A stretch of 64,000 nt of DNA, from assembly GCA_000091205.1 (NCBI GenBank), contig AP006485.2. The stretch is one strand, 5' to 3'. Source of the stretch: Cyanidioschyzon merolae. Taxonomy: Eukaryota. This document shows positions 50,847 through 60,746 of this stretch, in pieces. The notes below the pieces were generated by a model. That model was not told the DNA's origin. It saw only the letters and a list, made by a program, of their open reading frames with translations, and did not search any database. The position numbers and the translations under genes are program-made. Position 1 is the first letter of the stretch, and each line of letters opens with the position of its first letter.

Positions 50847-53018
50847 ATGTCGACGGGGCACGCGTGCAGCCGCTCCACCACCAATTTCACGAACGTAGTG
50901 TCACGCCGACGCCGCCGCCGACGCTGCTGCACAGCCGTAAACACCAGCCGCTGCGCGTGCCGATCGCATCCCAGGACGCCACCGTTATTCAGAACGTTTT
51001 CGCAACGTACAAACGCAACTTCCATGTACGAACTGTGTCAACCAACGGGGACTGCTGGATACCCTTATTTTCTCTTTGGATCGCAACAGGATCAGCGTCT
51101 CAACTACAGATCGGTTATTGTGCACCGCGCTGGACTAGCTCAAGAGACGGCTGGCGATGGCGGCGTCAGCACGAGCAGCAGCGCTGAAACCGGGAACAGC
51201 GTCAGCGCTTTGGCGTCAGCAGCCGCAGGGCGTCGTGTCAAGTTTCGGGAGCTGCGTCGAACGAAAATCGTATGTACTATAGGGCCTCCGACGGCCTCTT
51301 ATGAGATGATCAAGGCTCTTGCAGACGCTGGAATGGACGTTGCTCGCTTGAACTTCAGTCACGGGACGTACGAGTTCCACAAGAAAGTATCGGACGCCGT
51401 CGATCGCGTCAATGAGGAGCGTTTTGAGAAAGCTCGTCGAAGGTGGACGTCGCACGACGAGGCACGTGAGCAGTTGACAGACTCCGCCAAATCGGTGGCG
51501 GTGTCTGACGCCGGTCCCCTGCGTACCGAGAGCACGTCAAGCTCCACTGACTCGCTGAATAGTGTGTCGGGCCTCGAGTACAGAAATGACGCTAAGAGCG
51601 CTCTGTATGTGCGCATTGGGAAAATGATGGACTCAAAAGGTGCGGAAGTGCGCAGCGGGGAGATCAACCGAGCGGAGGAGATTGCGAAGCGAATGGTGGA
51701 GCACGGCTTGGTGACCTCCGATCAGGTAACAGAACTCGTGAGCCAAAACACCATGTTAATGCCGGCAGGAAGCTCGCTCGTTCTGCGTTGTACGCATGAG
51801 GCATTTGAGAAGCAGCCGGAACCTCTTGAGGGTGTCGCGGTGAAAGGCTCCGTTTTACCTTTTGCGCCAGTAGTCGGTGTCAGCTATGCGGGATTCTTCG
51901 AGGACACAGCCGAAGGCGATTGTATTCTTGTTGATGGCGGTCTCTTGGAGTTACAGCTGGAGCGCAAGGACGCTGACAAACGGGATCTCATCTGCCGCGT
52001 GTTGGACGGTGGCGAGCTCTCGCCCCGTCGCCATTTGAACATTCGCGGAAAGACGGCGTCGTTGCCCTCGGTTACCGAATCCGATTGGAAGGATATCGAG
52101 TTCGCTGTGAAGGAACTCAACGTGGACTTTATCGCCTTGTCGTTTGTGAATGACGCTGAAACCGTTCACATGGTGCGAGAATTTGTCACGAAACTTGGCT
52201 CGCGGGCGGCGATCATCAGCAAGATCGAGAGCATGAAGGGTGTGCTGAACCTCCCCGCAATCATCGAGGCAAGCGACGGGGTTATGGTGGCGCGTGGCGA
52301 CCTCGGTAGCGAGCTGCCCCTGGAAGAGGTGCCTATCGTCCAGTCCTTCATGGTGCGTCTTTGTCGAGCGGCAGGCAAAGTGGTCATTACGGCCACGGAG
52401 ATGCTCGAGTCCATGATCGAGAAGCCCATCCCGACGCGGGCGGAGGCCTCGGACGTGGCCCATGCCGTGGAGCAGGGCGCCGATGCACTGATGCTCAGCG
52501 GCGAGACCGCCAAGGGAAAGTATCCGATCAGAGCCTGTGCCACGATGCGCCATATTATCATGCGACAAAACGAGCAGCTCATTGCAGACGAACGTGCTCG
52601 TCAGGGGCTGGATCCGATTGCCGGCTTTGCCGAGTGTTGCCGCGACGTGGAGCGTGTATCCGATGCCATGGCCCGAGCAGCGGTCTCTCTGGCGGAATCG
52701 TTAGACGCGGCCGCGATCATCGTCTTCACACGAACGGGCAACATGCCCAAGCGCCTCTCGAAGCTGCGGTCACGAATACCGATCGTTGCTGCGACTGCAG
52801 TTTCCGATATCCAACCGAAACTCTCGCTCTTGTGGAACGTATTCTGTGTAACCATTGAAGTGCAGGATACGTTTGAAGCAACGTTCCAACGCTTCAAAGA
52901 GGAAGTTTTGGCGGAGAACTTTTTACGAAAAGGTGATACGGTTGTGGTGGTACAGAGTGGCATGCGTGGTATCTGGCGAGAACAGGGCCATCATCTGCTC
53001 CGCTATGTGGTAATGTAA
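50847..53018 (+). CDS. Pyruvate kinase with a roughly 150-aa N-terminal extension and low-complexity insertions
   Basis: 'RRTKIVCTIGPPTASYEMIKALADAGMDVARLNFSHGTYEFHKK', 'IISKIESMKGVLNLPAIIEASDGVMVARGDLGSELPLEEVPIVQ' and 'VITATEMLESMIEKPIPTRAEASDVAHAVEQGADALMLSGETAKGKYPIRA'. Confidence 0.85.
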   Translation: MSTGHACSRSTTNFTNVVSRRRRRRRCCTAVNTSRCACRSHPRTPPLFRTFSQRTNATSMYELCQPTGTAGYPYFLFGSQQDQRLNYRSVIVHRAGLAQETAGDGGVSTSSSAETGNSVSALASAAAGRRVKFRELRRTKIVCTIGPPTASYEMIKALADAGMDVARLNFSHGTYEFHKKVSDAVDRVNEERFEKARRRWTSHDEAREQLTDSAKSVAVSDAGPLRTESTSSSTDSLNSVSGLEYRNDAKSALYVRIGKMMDSKGAEVRSGEINRAEEIAKRMVEHGLVTSDQVTELVSQNTMLMPAGSSLVLRCTHEAFEKQPEPLEGVAVKGSVLPFAPVVGVSYAGFFEDTAEGDCILVDGGLLELQLERKDADKRDLICRVLDGGELSPRRHLNIRGKTASLPSVTESDWKDIEFAVKELNVDFIALSFVNDAETVHMVREFVTKLGSRAAIISKIESMKGVLNLPAIIEASDGVMVARGDLGSELPLEEVPIVQSFMVRLCRAAGKVVITATEMLESMIEKPIPTRAEASDVAHAVEQGADALMLSGETAKGKYPIRACATMRHIIMRQNEQLIADERARQGLDPIAGFAECCRDVERVSDAMARAAVSLAESLDAAAIIVFTRTGNMPKRLSKLRSRIPIVAATAVSDIQPKLSLLWNVFCVTIEVQDTFEATFQRFKEEVLAENFLRKGDTVVVVQSGMRGIWREQGHHLLRYVVM

Positions 53019-53329
53019 AGGGACAGAGCGCATGCTCCAGAGGCCCCGGATACCCGCTGACGATCATAGCCGGTGTAAAGAGTGGCGCGGGAATCTTGCG
53101 CTTCCACGGAGCATGATGTTGGCGCGTGCGCTCTCTCACTGAGTCTCTCAGTACCAGGAAGCCAAGCAAAGCGATATGCGCACGGTGCTCGCTTGGTACC
53201 TGGGTGCAGCGTGCGCACGGCAGCGCTGCTTCCCGCACCACTGCCGCCAAAAAACGGAACGGGTCGACGAGCGCGGTCGTACGCGATAACGTTTGGTTCG
53301 CTTATCACATCAATAACACAAGCTTTTCG

Positions 53330-53500
53330 GCGCTTTTTTCTCTGTGACTGCTTCATGGTATCGTCTCTTTTATTCGGCTTTATATTCGTTGGTCTTTCCT
53401 CTTCGGTAAGCTCCGTTGTCAGCAGTCGAAGGATGTTGATGGCAGCGTGCAACTCCTGATTTCGCTGTTTCCGACTGTATTCCATGCATTTCATGACCAA
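53330..53500 (-). mobile_element. Family 2 (TnpB-derived) fragment
   Basis: 'CMEYSRKQRNQELHAAINILRLLTTELTEEERPTNIKPNKRDD' matches family 2 copy 1 'CMICVDYSQMQRHQYLSATMNILRLRTTGLVRQERPAYLKPITRARQ'. Confidence 0.45.
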
Positions 53501-54782
53501 GCGGAAGCTTCGACCTACGCTTCTTCTGAAACGAACATCTTCTTCGTTCTATAAAGCATCGGCGTGCTCTTCGCAGCGGGCACACTTGGATCCTGTCAGG
53601 TATACTCATGTTTCGGCCAGAGCGTATTCTACGAGCGGTGTCCCACGGAGCACGAACGCGTGCTTCATCACTCGGAATACATCCCTAACTGGTACAGAAA
53701 AATCCAGTCAATGTCATTCTCCGTCTTCGCGCTCGCTGCCGCACCACAGGATCATGAGTTCTCCCATACTGTTCCTTTGGGCGAGTCCTATGTCTGCTGC
53801 AGACACAAGCGCAGGCTACACCATTCGATAGGTAATTTGTGGAGCTTGATGCTGTGTATCATGGGCAAGCATCGGAATGGCATTGAGTCTTGAGAACGAG
53901 TCCAGAAATACTGATTCGTGTACGCTACCTTCGAGCAAAGTGGTTATGCCCGCGCGACTGGTGCGGATCGTTGCAATGATTAACGTCCGAGTCGGATGTT
54001 ATTTGCGATGCCGAACGAAAACACGGGAGCATCTGGGAGCATATTCCATGACTGGTATCGAGTTCGTGTGGAGAGATATTTCGTCCATGTCGACAAAGAA
54101 GGAAGGGTTTCGTCTGCGAACGGACTCGTTTACTGGACGTGAGAATTTTAGTGAGTTTTCGGCATGAGGTCACGAAGGAGTCGTCAACGTACAAAGTCGA
54201 AACTTCGCTCGCCAATCCAGCGGCGCGAATCTCTTCCCCGTGTTTTTGCTTGAAACGTGGAGATCGTGATCTTGAAATATACGACATTTGAGCATACGAA
54301 ACGTAAATAAAGGAGAAGAATGGAGGCTTGGACCAATGAACAGGATCATGAGATAGGTACTTTTACCGGCCCCTGTTGGAGGATGTCACGAATCATGCCG
54401 ATTCTGGTAACGTAACGATTCCAAACTGCAAAGACTCGAAGAAACCACTGCAAAAGACAAAGAAAACAACGCATCAATCTGTAAACCCATTGTTGATGCA
54501 CATCGAATGCAGTGGCTGTACATCTAGATCAAGCTAGGAGAATATTTCGGAATCTAGGAACAGCGCCAGCAGTTCAGCGCTCCATTCGAACCCCACAAGA
54601 GTCTAGCGTTCAGAGCGGGCACTTTGTCAACGTTTCTACCAAGCCGGCTCCCCAGTTTGACGCGTCGTCAAGAAAGACACACACGCTGTCCAGGCATACA
54701 TTGCAGCAACCAAGCCGTGCGCGACATCCGAAGCGCAAGGCGTCGTAGAGCGCTTTTCCGCCTGGAGACGACGCCTCCGGTG

Positions 54783-54908
54783 GCACTGCGACAGCAACAC
54801 CAAGACGCATTCCAGGGCACGGTGAAGACGATGCCTTCTCTGGAGGCACTGCGACAGCAACACCAAGACGCATTCCAGGGCACGGTGAAGACGATGCCTT
54901 CTCTGGAG
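54783..54908. repeat. 63-bp direct tandem duplication (x2)
   Basis: 'cactgcgacagcaacaccaagacgcattccagggcacggtgaagacgatgccttctctggaggca' occurs twice in tandem. Confidence 0.8.
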
Positions 54909-55034
54909 GCACATACAGGCTCCATCCAAAGCGGCGCACCAGGCGGGACGCGCACCCCTGCAAGCGGGTGCCGCGTGCAGCGCGTCTCCAGTGGCCGCGA
55001 ATCCAGAGTTGCAAGACGCTGAGCGTCCACATGT

Positions 55035-56612
55035 TCAGTTTCGTTTACGTCGCATAGCGCTGGCACTCCGATGCACCAGTCCACGATAAGCAAGGATCTC
55101 CCCAGCAAAGTGACGCAACAACATGGATCCCAGTCCGCAGAGAATCGCCGCAGCGAAGCACAACCATAAGCGTTGTTTCTTGGTCTCCTGGACGATCATC
55201 CACTCCATTTCATGGATACTTCGGATGGAAAGACAGAGATTTTTCAGCAAATTAACCAAGGCTACTACTTCGTTACGCGTGATGCGCATCTCCAAGCGAC
55301 GAGTCGACACACTGGATAAGGACTCAGCGAAGAGAATCTTGAAGGCCGTTCCGAGTCCGAGGAACTGAAGCTTCCCCCAGAGACGACATTTTTCACAGCC
55401 GACGCAGTCCATGATCTTGCTGATGTTCCGAAAGTGAGCGCGGAACTGTACGAGGCAGTCTGCACAACAGCCGCGAAACATCTCGTTTTCGGCAAAAGGC
55501 ACGGCGCAATCGGGAACCGTGCCACGAATGAGTGGATTCTCCAGAACTCGTTCCAAAAGCTCCTTGGTTTGCATGTCCTCGGTTTCATTGCCTGTCCAGT
55601 AATCTGAACGCTGCAAGAGCAGCGGTGCGGCTTGATTCATTGCCCGCAGAGCCAGCGCATACACAAAGTACAGGTTCTCAATGCGTTCCGGATAGTAGCG
55701 CAGCCGCTCCCGATACAGGCGTGTGTTGTAGCCCCAGCGATTCCGTCCGAACAGGTAGCGACGGGCAATGTGGGCATTAATCGAGGCGTGGATACCGCTG
55801 ATACAGCGGTAAAACACGCGTTCTTCTCGGCACCCGGCAGGACGCACTGGAGCCAGAGTAGAAACCGAGCCTTGGCGAAGCAGTTGTTCGGCGACGCTGC
55901 CGGCTGCGTCACCGCTCAGGCATGGAAGCGGCCGAAAACAGTTCTCTCGGTAAACCGCATCCCATATGTGCTGGCCCTGGTATCCTGTGAAGCCTTCAGG
56001 ATTCAGCGCCAGGTCTACGTATTCGGAGAGCTCATCGCTATCGGGCGCTGTCCACGCGGACTCGTCCTCCAGTGCATAGGGCGAGAAAAAAGGCGGCAAC
56101 GCCTGTGATCCCCTCGGGCGCTCTACACGCCCTAAGGTTGCTTCCTGCTCCCCACGCGGGTAGTCAGCGACGGGGAAGGTTCTCGTTTGCTCTGTTTGGA
56201 GTACCTGAGACTCGTCGCGGCGCCAGACGGCTGGGATCAGCTCCGGATCACAGACTAGAACCGAACAGTCCGGTTTGGTGCACGTTGCAGCTGTGCCGCC
56301 CCAAAAAGGACACGCCTTGGAAAGATCGACTTTGAAAATTCGAAAATAGAGGCTCGAAGTCAAGCACGTAAGGTCATGACACAGCGACTCGCGTTCAGGC
56401 AGGAAGCTGTACCGTGTCAACGAGTCGTACGTGCACTTGGTATCACTGGGCGAGGTCCCGAGTCCCAGTCGCTTCAAGGAGTACAAATAACGGTAAGTTG
56501 AGGCCGGATCATGTTCACTCCCTATAGCCTGAAAGCTTTCCGGTGAAATTATGACGCAGATGCAGAGCAAGCAGGCAAGCGTGCCCGTCAAACGCGTCGC
56601 GTGGAGCCGCAT
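55035..56612 (-). CDS. ERO1: ER oxidoreductin ERO1; the likely start is the Met of '[23 protein letters not shown]' at 56612, and the ORF track extends to 56864
   Basis: '[19 protein letters not shown]', '[12 protein letters not shown]' and '[47 protein letters not shown]' match the ERO1 CxxCxxC region '[26 protein letters not shown]'. Confidence 0.85.
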   Translation of the reverse strand: [525 protein letters not shown]

Positions 56613-56847
56613 AGAGGAGCAGTGCGCTCGGTAACCGTACCAGAACGCTTCTATCACCCCAAGTCCAAGTATGTTGGTTAGAGTGATGGAAACAGACCAA
56701 TCTATAGATCGAAACCTGCGCCCTCTGATAATAATCACGAGCCAATGACCGTTCCTTTTACCGTGTGGCTCGTACTGCCAACTGGAACGAAAGCAGAAGC
56801 GCACGCGCCCGAGTGCATCCTGCCAAACATGCGCGCAGGGCGTGCAA

Positions 56848-57275
56848 GAGAACTGGCGAGTCATTCCATGTTGACGGAATTTCGGAAAAGGTTTATATAG
56901 ATATAGAAGAGAAAGCTCACGAGAACTGGCGAGTCATTCTTTGTTGACGGAATGTCGAAAAGGTTTATATAGATATAGAAGAGAAAGCTCACGAGAACTG
57001 GCGAGTCATTCTTTGTTGACGGAATGTCGAAAAGGTTTCTATAGATATAGAAGAGAAAGCTCACGAGAACTGGCGAGTCATTCTTTGTTGACGGAATGTC
57101 GAAAAGGTTTATATAGATATAGAAGAGAAAGCTCACGAGCACTGGCGGGTCATCCTTCGTTGATGGAATGTCGAAAAGGTTTCTATAGATATAGAAGAGA
57201 AAGCTCACGAGAACTGGCGAGTCATTCTTTGTTGATGGAATGTCGAAAAGGTATACATAGATATGGAAGCATTCA
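56848..57275. repeat. 72-bp minisatellite, about 6 copies with point variants
   Basis: The unit 'gagaactggcgagtcattctttgttgacggaatgtcgaaaaggttt(a/c)tatagatatagaagagaaagctcac' repeats with period 72, so periodic 24-aa ORFs stay open on both strands. It lies directly upstream of ERO1. Confidence 0.9.
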
Positions 57276-59090
57276 TTTACGAGCGCAGGTGCCTCGTTCT
57301 TTTGTTGATCAAAAGACTAGGGCGTGAGCCAGAGCTTCAAGAATACGCGGCTGCTACTGGCAACCACGAAAGAGAGCGCCGGTAAATGGCAGAAGTCTTT
57401 AGAGCGCACAGGGCCCCACACCAGTTTCCCTGTTCGCATACAGCGTTGATCGCTCTAGCAGCATTTGATCGCTGGGTTTCGAGCGTCATAGAAGCGCTCC
57501 CAGCAACACTGGATACATCGGCACCACCGAGAACGCTATCCGAATATAGAAAAACTTTGCAGTGTCTGTGCAGGCATCGACTCGAAGGCGTGTCGCGGTG
57601 TATTTGTGCAGGTCTGCGGCCTCCTCGGTGGCGAATGCTGCCTCTCACTACTGCCGCCAGAATCAATGTTCGGTACGGATGCGCATGCCTCGGCGACTCG
57701 GAACGTTCCTAGTCTAGCACAGGGATTGCCAGCCATGCTCCTTGCTTAGCGGCAATGCCGAAAGCGAGTCGTTGACCAACATGAGCGCCAGCGCCAGAAA
57801 CGCGTCCGCTTATCCGTCAGCCAGTTCGTCCGTCCGTTCGTCCCAATAGCGACCGCCGAGGTGCGCAGGCGCGCTCTTCTCGGAACGGAGACACCCTGTG
57901 CGATTCATTGTATGTCAGATCCGGAAGATTCGCTGTTCGAAAATTGCATGCATGTCTCGTGCGACCATGCAAAATATTTTGTGGTATGCAGAGCGCTCAG
58001 TACGCTGAAGGTTTAGCGTCACATTCGATGAGGTGCATCAAATGATGCAAGCAGCGTTCGTTCGCGTCGAGCGTCACGAAGAAGTATGAGCGTCGTTTCC
58101 CATGAAAATCGATCAGTGAAAGCGTTTTCATGGAAAAGGCTCGGAGCGCACAGGCGGCATCATCAGTCGCAGCATCCCTGACACCGTATCCCTCGCAACG
58201 ACGGATTATATGCTACCAACGTTTTCGACGCGCTCGGTGCGGGTGAAATGTGGTCTGCGATGGAATCAGATGCATACCGGATACGATCTGAACGCAGGAC
58301 ATATACAAGATGAAGCAAGAATAGAGCGGTATTCGTGCTCGCTGTCCAGTTGATGCCGCGTTTGATGCGCTTCTGTCCATATTCGAAGAGCACCCACTTG
58401 CAGGTGACGAATGTAGTGCAGCACTTCGCGAAAGAGGTCCAGAGCACCGTCTAGGTAAAAAACGGAAGACCGTAGACGTTCACGACCTCACCAAACGATG
58501 CAGTGAGGGTTCTGCTCTAGCCTTGGGGCAGCTCCTCGGCCGTAGAAAGCTCAGTGCGTCGTTCGGGCGGTTAGCGACGATACCCAAGGTACCCGCTCTT
58601 CAGCGATCACGTCGATGGACGCTCGCTCCGCTGGGTCATCATCGTCGGTTGCTCGTATGCGTCGAGATGTGGCGCAAACGCTGGCATGCTTGCAACGCAC
58701 ATCTCGGAGCAAGGCTCTCCTTTGAAACGCTTCTAGTGCTCCGAATAGCAAGAGCCTCCAGGGTACGCGTGCCCGACAAAGCCAACGTGAAGCGCAAGAA
58801 ACCACGGAATGGAGCAGCTAGAGATCGATCACAGCGGCAGGTCCGGTTTCGGAGCAACGAGCAAGTCGGAAACGAACCAGAACGGATAGCGCCAAGCGCG
58901 GTGAGAGGCTTTCGCTGCCACCTACACGAAGCTGCGTACGTAAAGCGTGCATTGCACGCCCAGACACTTTTGCTTCCTGGGCTGCGACCGGCGCGTTTTC
59001 TTTCGTGTGTCCAGCCTTCACGCGTATACCCTGTCACGCACGTGCGCTTGAGTGCTGGTAGCCGAAGCGAAGGCTTAGGCGCCCAAGATC

Positions 59091-60746
59091 ATGAAGAGGC
59101 TCGCCTCCCACTGGAGCCAGGCTCCGAGGTATCCAACACTTTGGATACAAGCCGCGCAGTGCTCAAGAAGCGCCGCCGTGTGGGTGCGTGTGGGTCCCGT
59201 GTCGCGCACTGCAAACGACCCGGAGGTCATGAAGGGTCACCGAGTTCCGCTGAAGGCCTTCCGGGCCCTGGTGCAACGCACTGCACGCCCGGGCGACGCA
59301 GTGCTCGGTCACTTGCCAGCGCGCTCGTGTATGCAGGCGAGGCGCTGGTACCCTGGCCCAAGCAAACCACACTGGGCCACCGATACTCCGCTAGCGGCAG
59401 GGACGGGCTTCAGCTGGCCGATGCGGGAGCGACGATCACAAAAACGTCGCCAGCGGGCCTGTAGGTACAGTACTGTGCTTCGAAACTGTGACGAGCGCCA
59501 AGCAATACCATCCTCCTCCGCAAAGGCCGCAGAAAACTTCTTCCGAGGCTCAGCGGAGACCAGCGCCGACACCGACCCGGACGAAGGCGGCGTTCCAGAG
59601 TCAAGCTTCACTGTGGATGCGTTTATGGCACCAAAACCTACGCGAATCGATCGAGTGCTCACGGATCGCTTCAGTGAGCCGTCGCGCACGTACTTTCAGT
59701 ACCTCATTACGCAGCGAGCAATTCAAGTGAATGGTCGCGTGGTCCACCGCAAGTCGGAGCTCGTAACGCAGGATGATGTCGTGCATGTTCGCTTCCTGCT
59801 TCCGGAAAACAGCGCTGCACAGGACCTAGTGCCAGAGCATCTGCCGATTGATGTGTTGTACGAAGATGGGGATATTTTGGTCGTGAACAAAGCCGCGGAT
59901 ATGGTGATCCATCCGGCCCCGGGGAACTGGCGCGGTACGCTAGCAAACGCCTTGGCATATCGTTTCGGGAAAGGGGCTGCAGAGGCATCGGCCGCCACTG
60001 TCGAGCCGTCCACCAAACCAGACAGCATCGGAGCAACCGTCGATGCCGACAACGACACAGTGCATGGTGATGAAATGGTCTCCCGAGATTGCGCCTTACG
60101 ACCGGGCATCGTCCATCGCCTGGATAAGGGCACCTCCGGGGTGCTCGTTGTCGCGAAACACAATTTCGCAGAACGCCGCCTCCAGCGCGCTTTCGCACAA
60201 CGCCAAGTGTACAAAGAGTACCTCGCCGTCCTGGCGGGCACACCTCGTTGCCTACAAAATGGACCTTCTCTGGTCGAGCTTCCCATTGGACGCAGCACCC
60301 ATCGATGGATCGAGCAACGCGTCCAAAGCGTCGCGCAAGGCGGCCGCGCTGCGCGCAGTCGCTTCGAAGCGCTGGCGATGCGCCCGTCGATAGCGCCGCT
60401 GACGCTGACACGTGTGCTCATTGAAACCGGGCGCACGCATCAGATTCGCGTGCATGCGCGCTACGGCCTGCAAGCGCCCGTGCTGGGCGATGATCTGTAT
60501 GGATTTCCGGCCTGGAATCAGCGCTATCGGATGCGTGCGCGGCGTCCGCTGCTGCATGCGTGGCGTCTCGGCTTTCGACATCCATGCACCGGCAAGTGGT
60601 GCGTGTTCGAGGCACCGCTTCCAGAAGATTTCAGATATTTCGAGAAACTATTGCAGGTGCGCTGGGCAGAGGTGCCGTCGACTGAGGAGCTTCGAGCACG
60701 CTCAGAAGCAGGTGCAGATAACAGTGCACCGCGCGATCGAATCTAG
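59091..60746 (+). CDS. RluA-family pseudouridine synthase (S4 domain plus catalytic domain) with a basic N-terminal extension that may be organelle-targeting
   Basis: The S4-like region is 'IDRVLTDRFSEPSRTYFQYLITQRAIQVNGRVVHRKSELV'. The catalytic stretch is 'IVHRLDKGTSGVLVVAKH' and the C-terminus is 'HQIRVHARYGLQAPVLGDDLYG'. Confidence 0.8.
   Translation: MKRLASHWSQAPRYPTLWIQAAQCSRSAAVWVRVGPVSRTANDPEVMKGHRVPLKAFRALVQRTARPGDAVLGHLPARSCMQARRWYPGPSKPHWATDTPLAAGTGFSWPMRERRSQKRRQRACRYSTVLRNCDERQAIPSSSAKAAENFFRGSAETSADTDPDEGGVPESSFTVDAFMAPKPTRIDRVLTDRFSEPSRTYFQYLITQRAIQVNGRVVHRKSELVTQDDVVHVRFLLPENSAAQDLVPEHLPIDVLYEDGDILVVNKAADMVIHPAPGNWRGTLANALAYRFGKGAAEASAATVEPSTKPDSIGATVDADNDTVHGDEMVSRDCALRPGIVHRLDKGTSGVLVVAKHNFAERRLQRAFAQRQVYKEYLAVLAGTPRCLQNGPSLVELPIGRSTHRWIEQRVQSVAQGGRAARSRFEALAMRPSIAPLTLTRVLIETGRTHQIRVHARYGLQAPVLGDDLYGFPAWNQRYRMRARRPLLHAWRLGFRHPCTGKWCVFEAPLPEDFRYFEKLLQVRWAEVPSTEELRARSEAGADNSAPRDRI

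Noticed and set aside
56861-57327. Repeat-protein ORFs on both strands ('LLTECRKGLYRYRRESSRELASHS'; 'PVLVSFLFYIYINLFDIPSTKNDS')
   Set aside because: They are generated by the 72-bp minisatellite, whose period is a multiple of 3, so both strands stay open.
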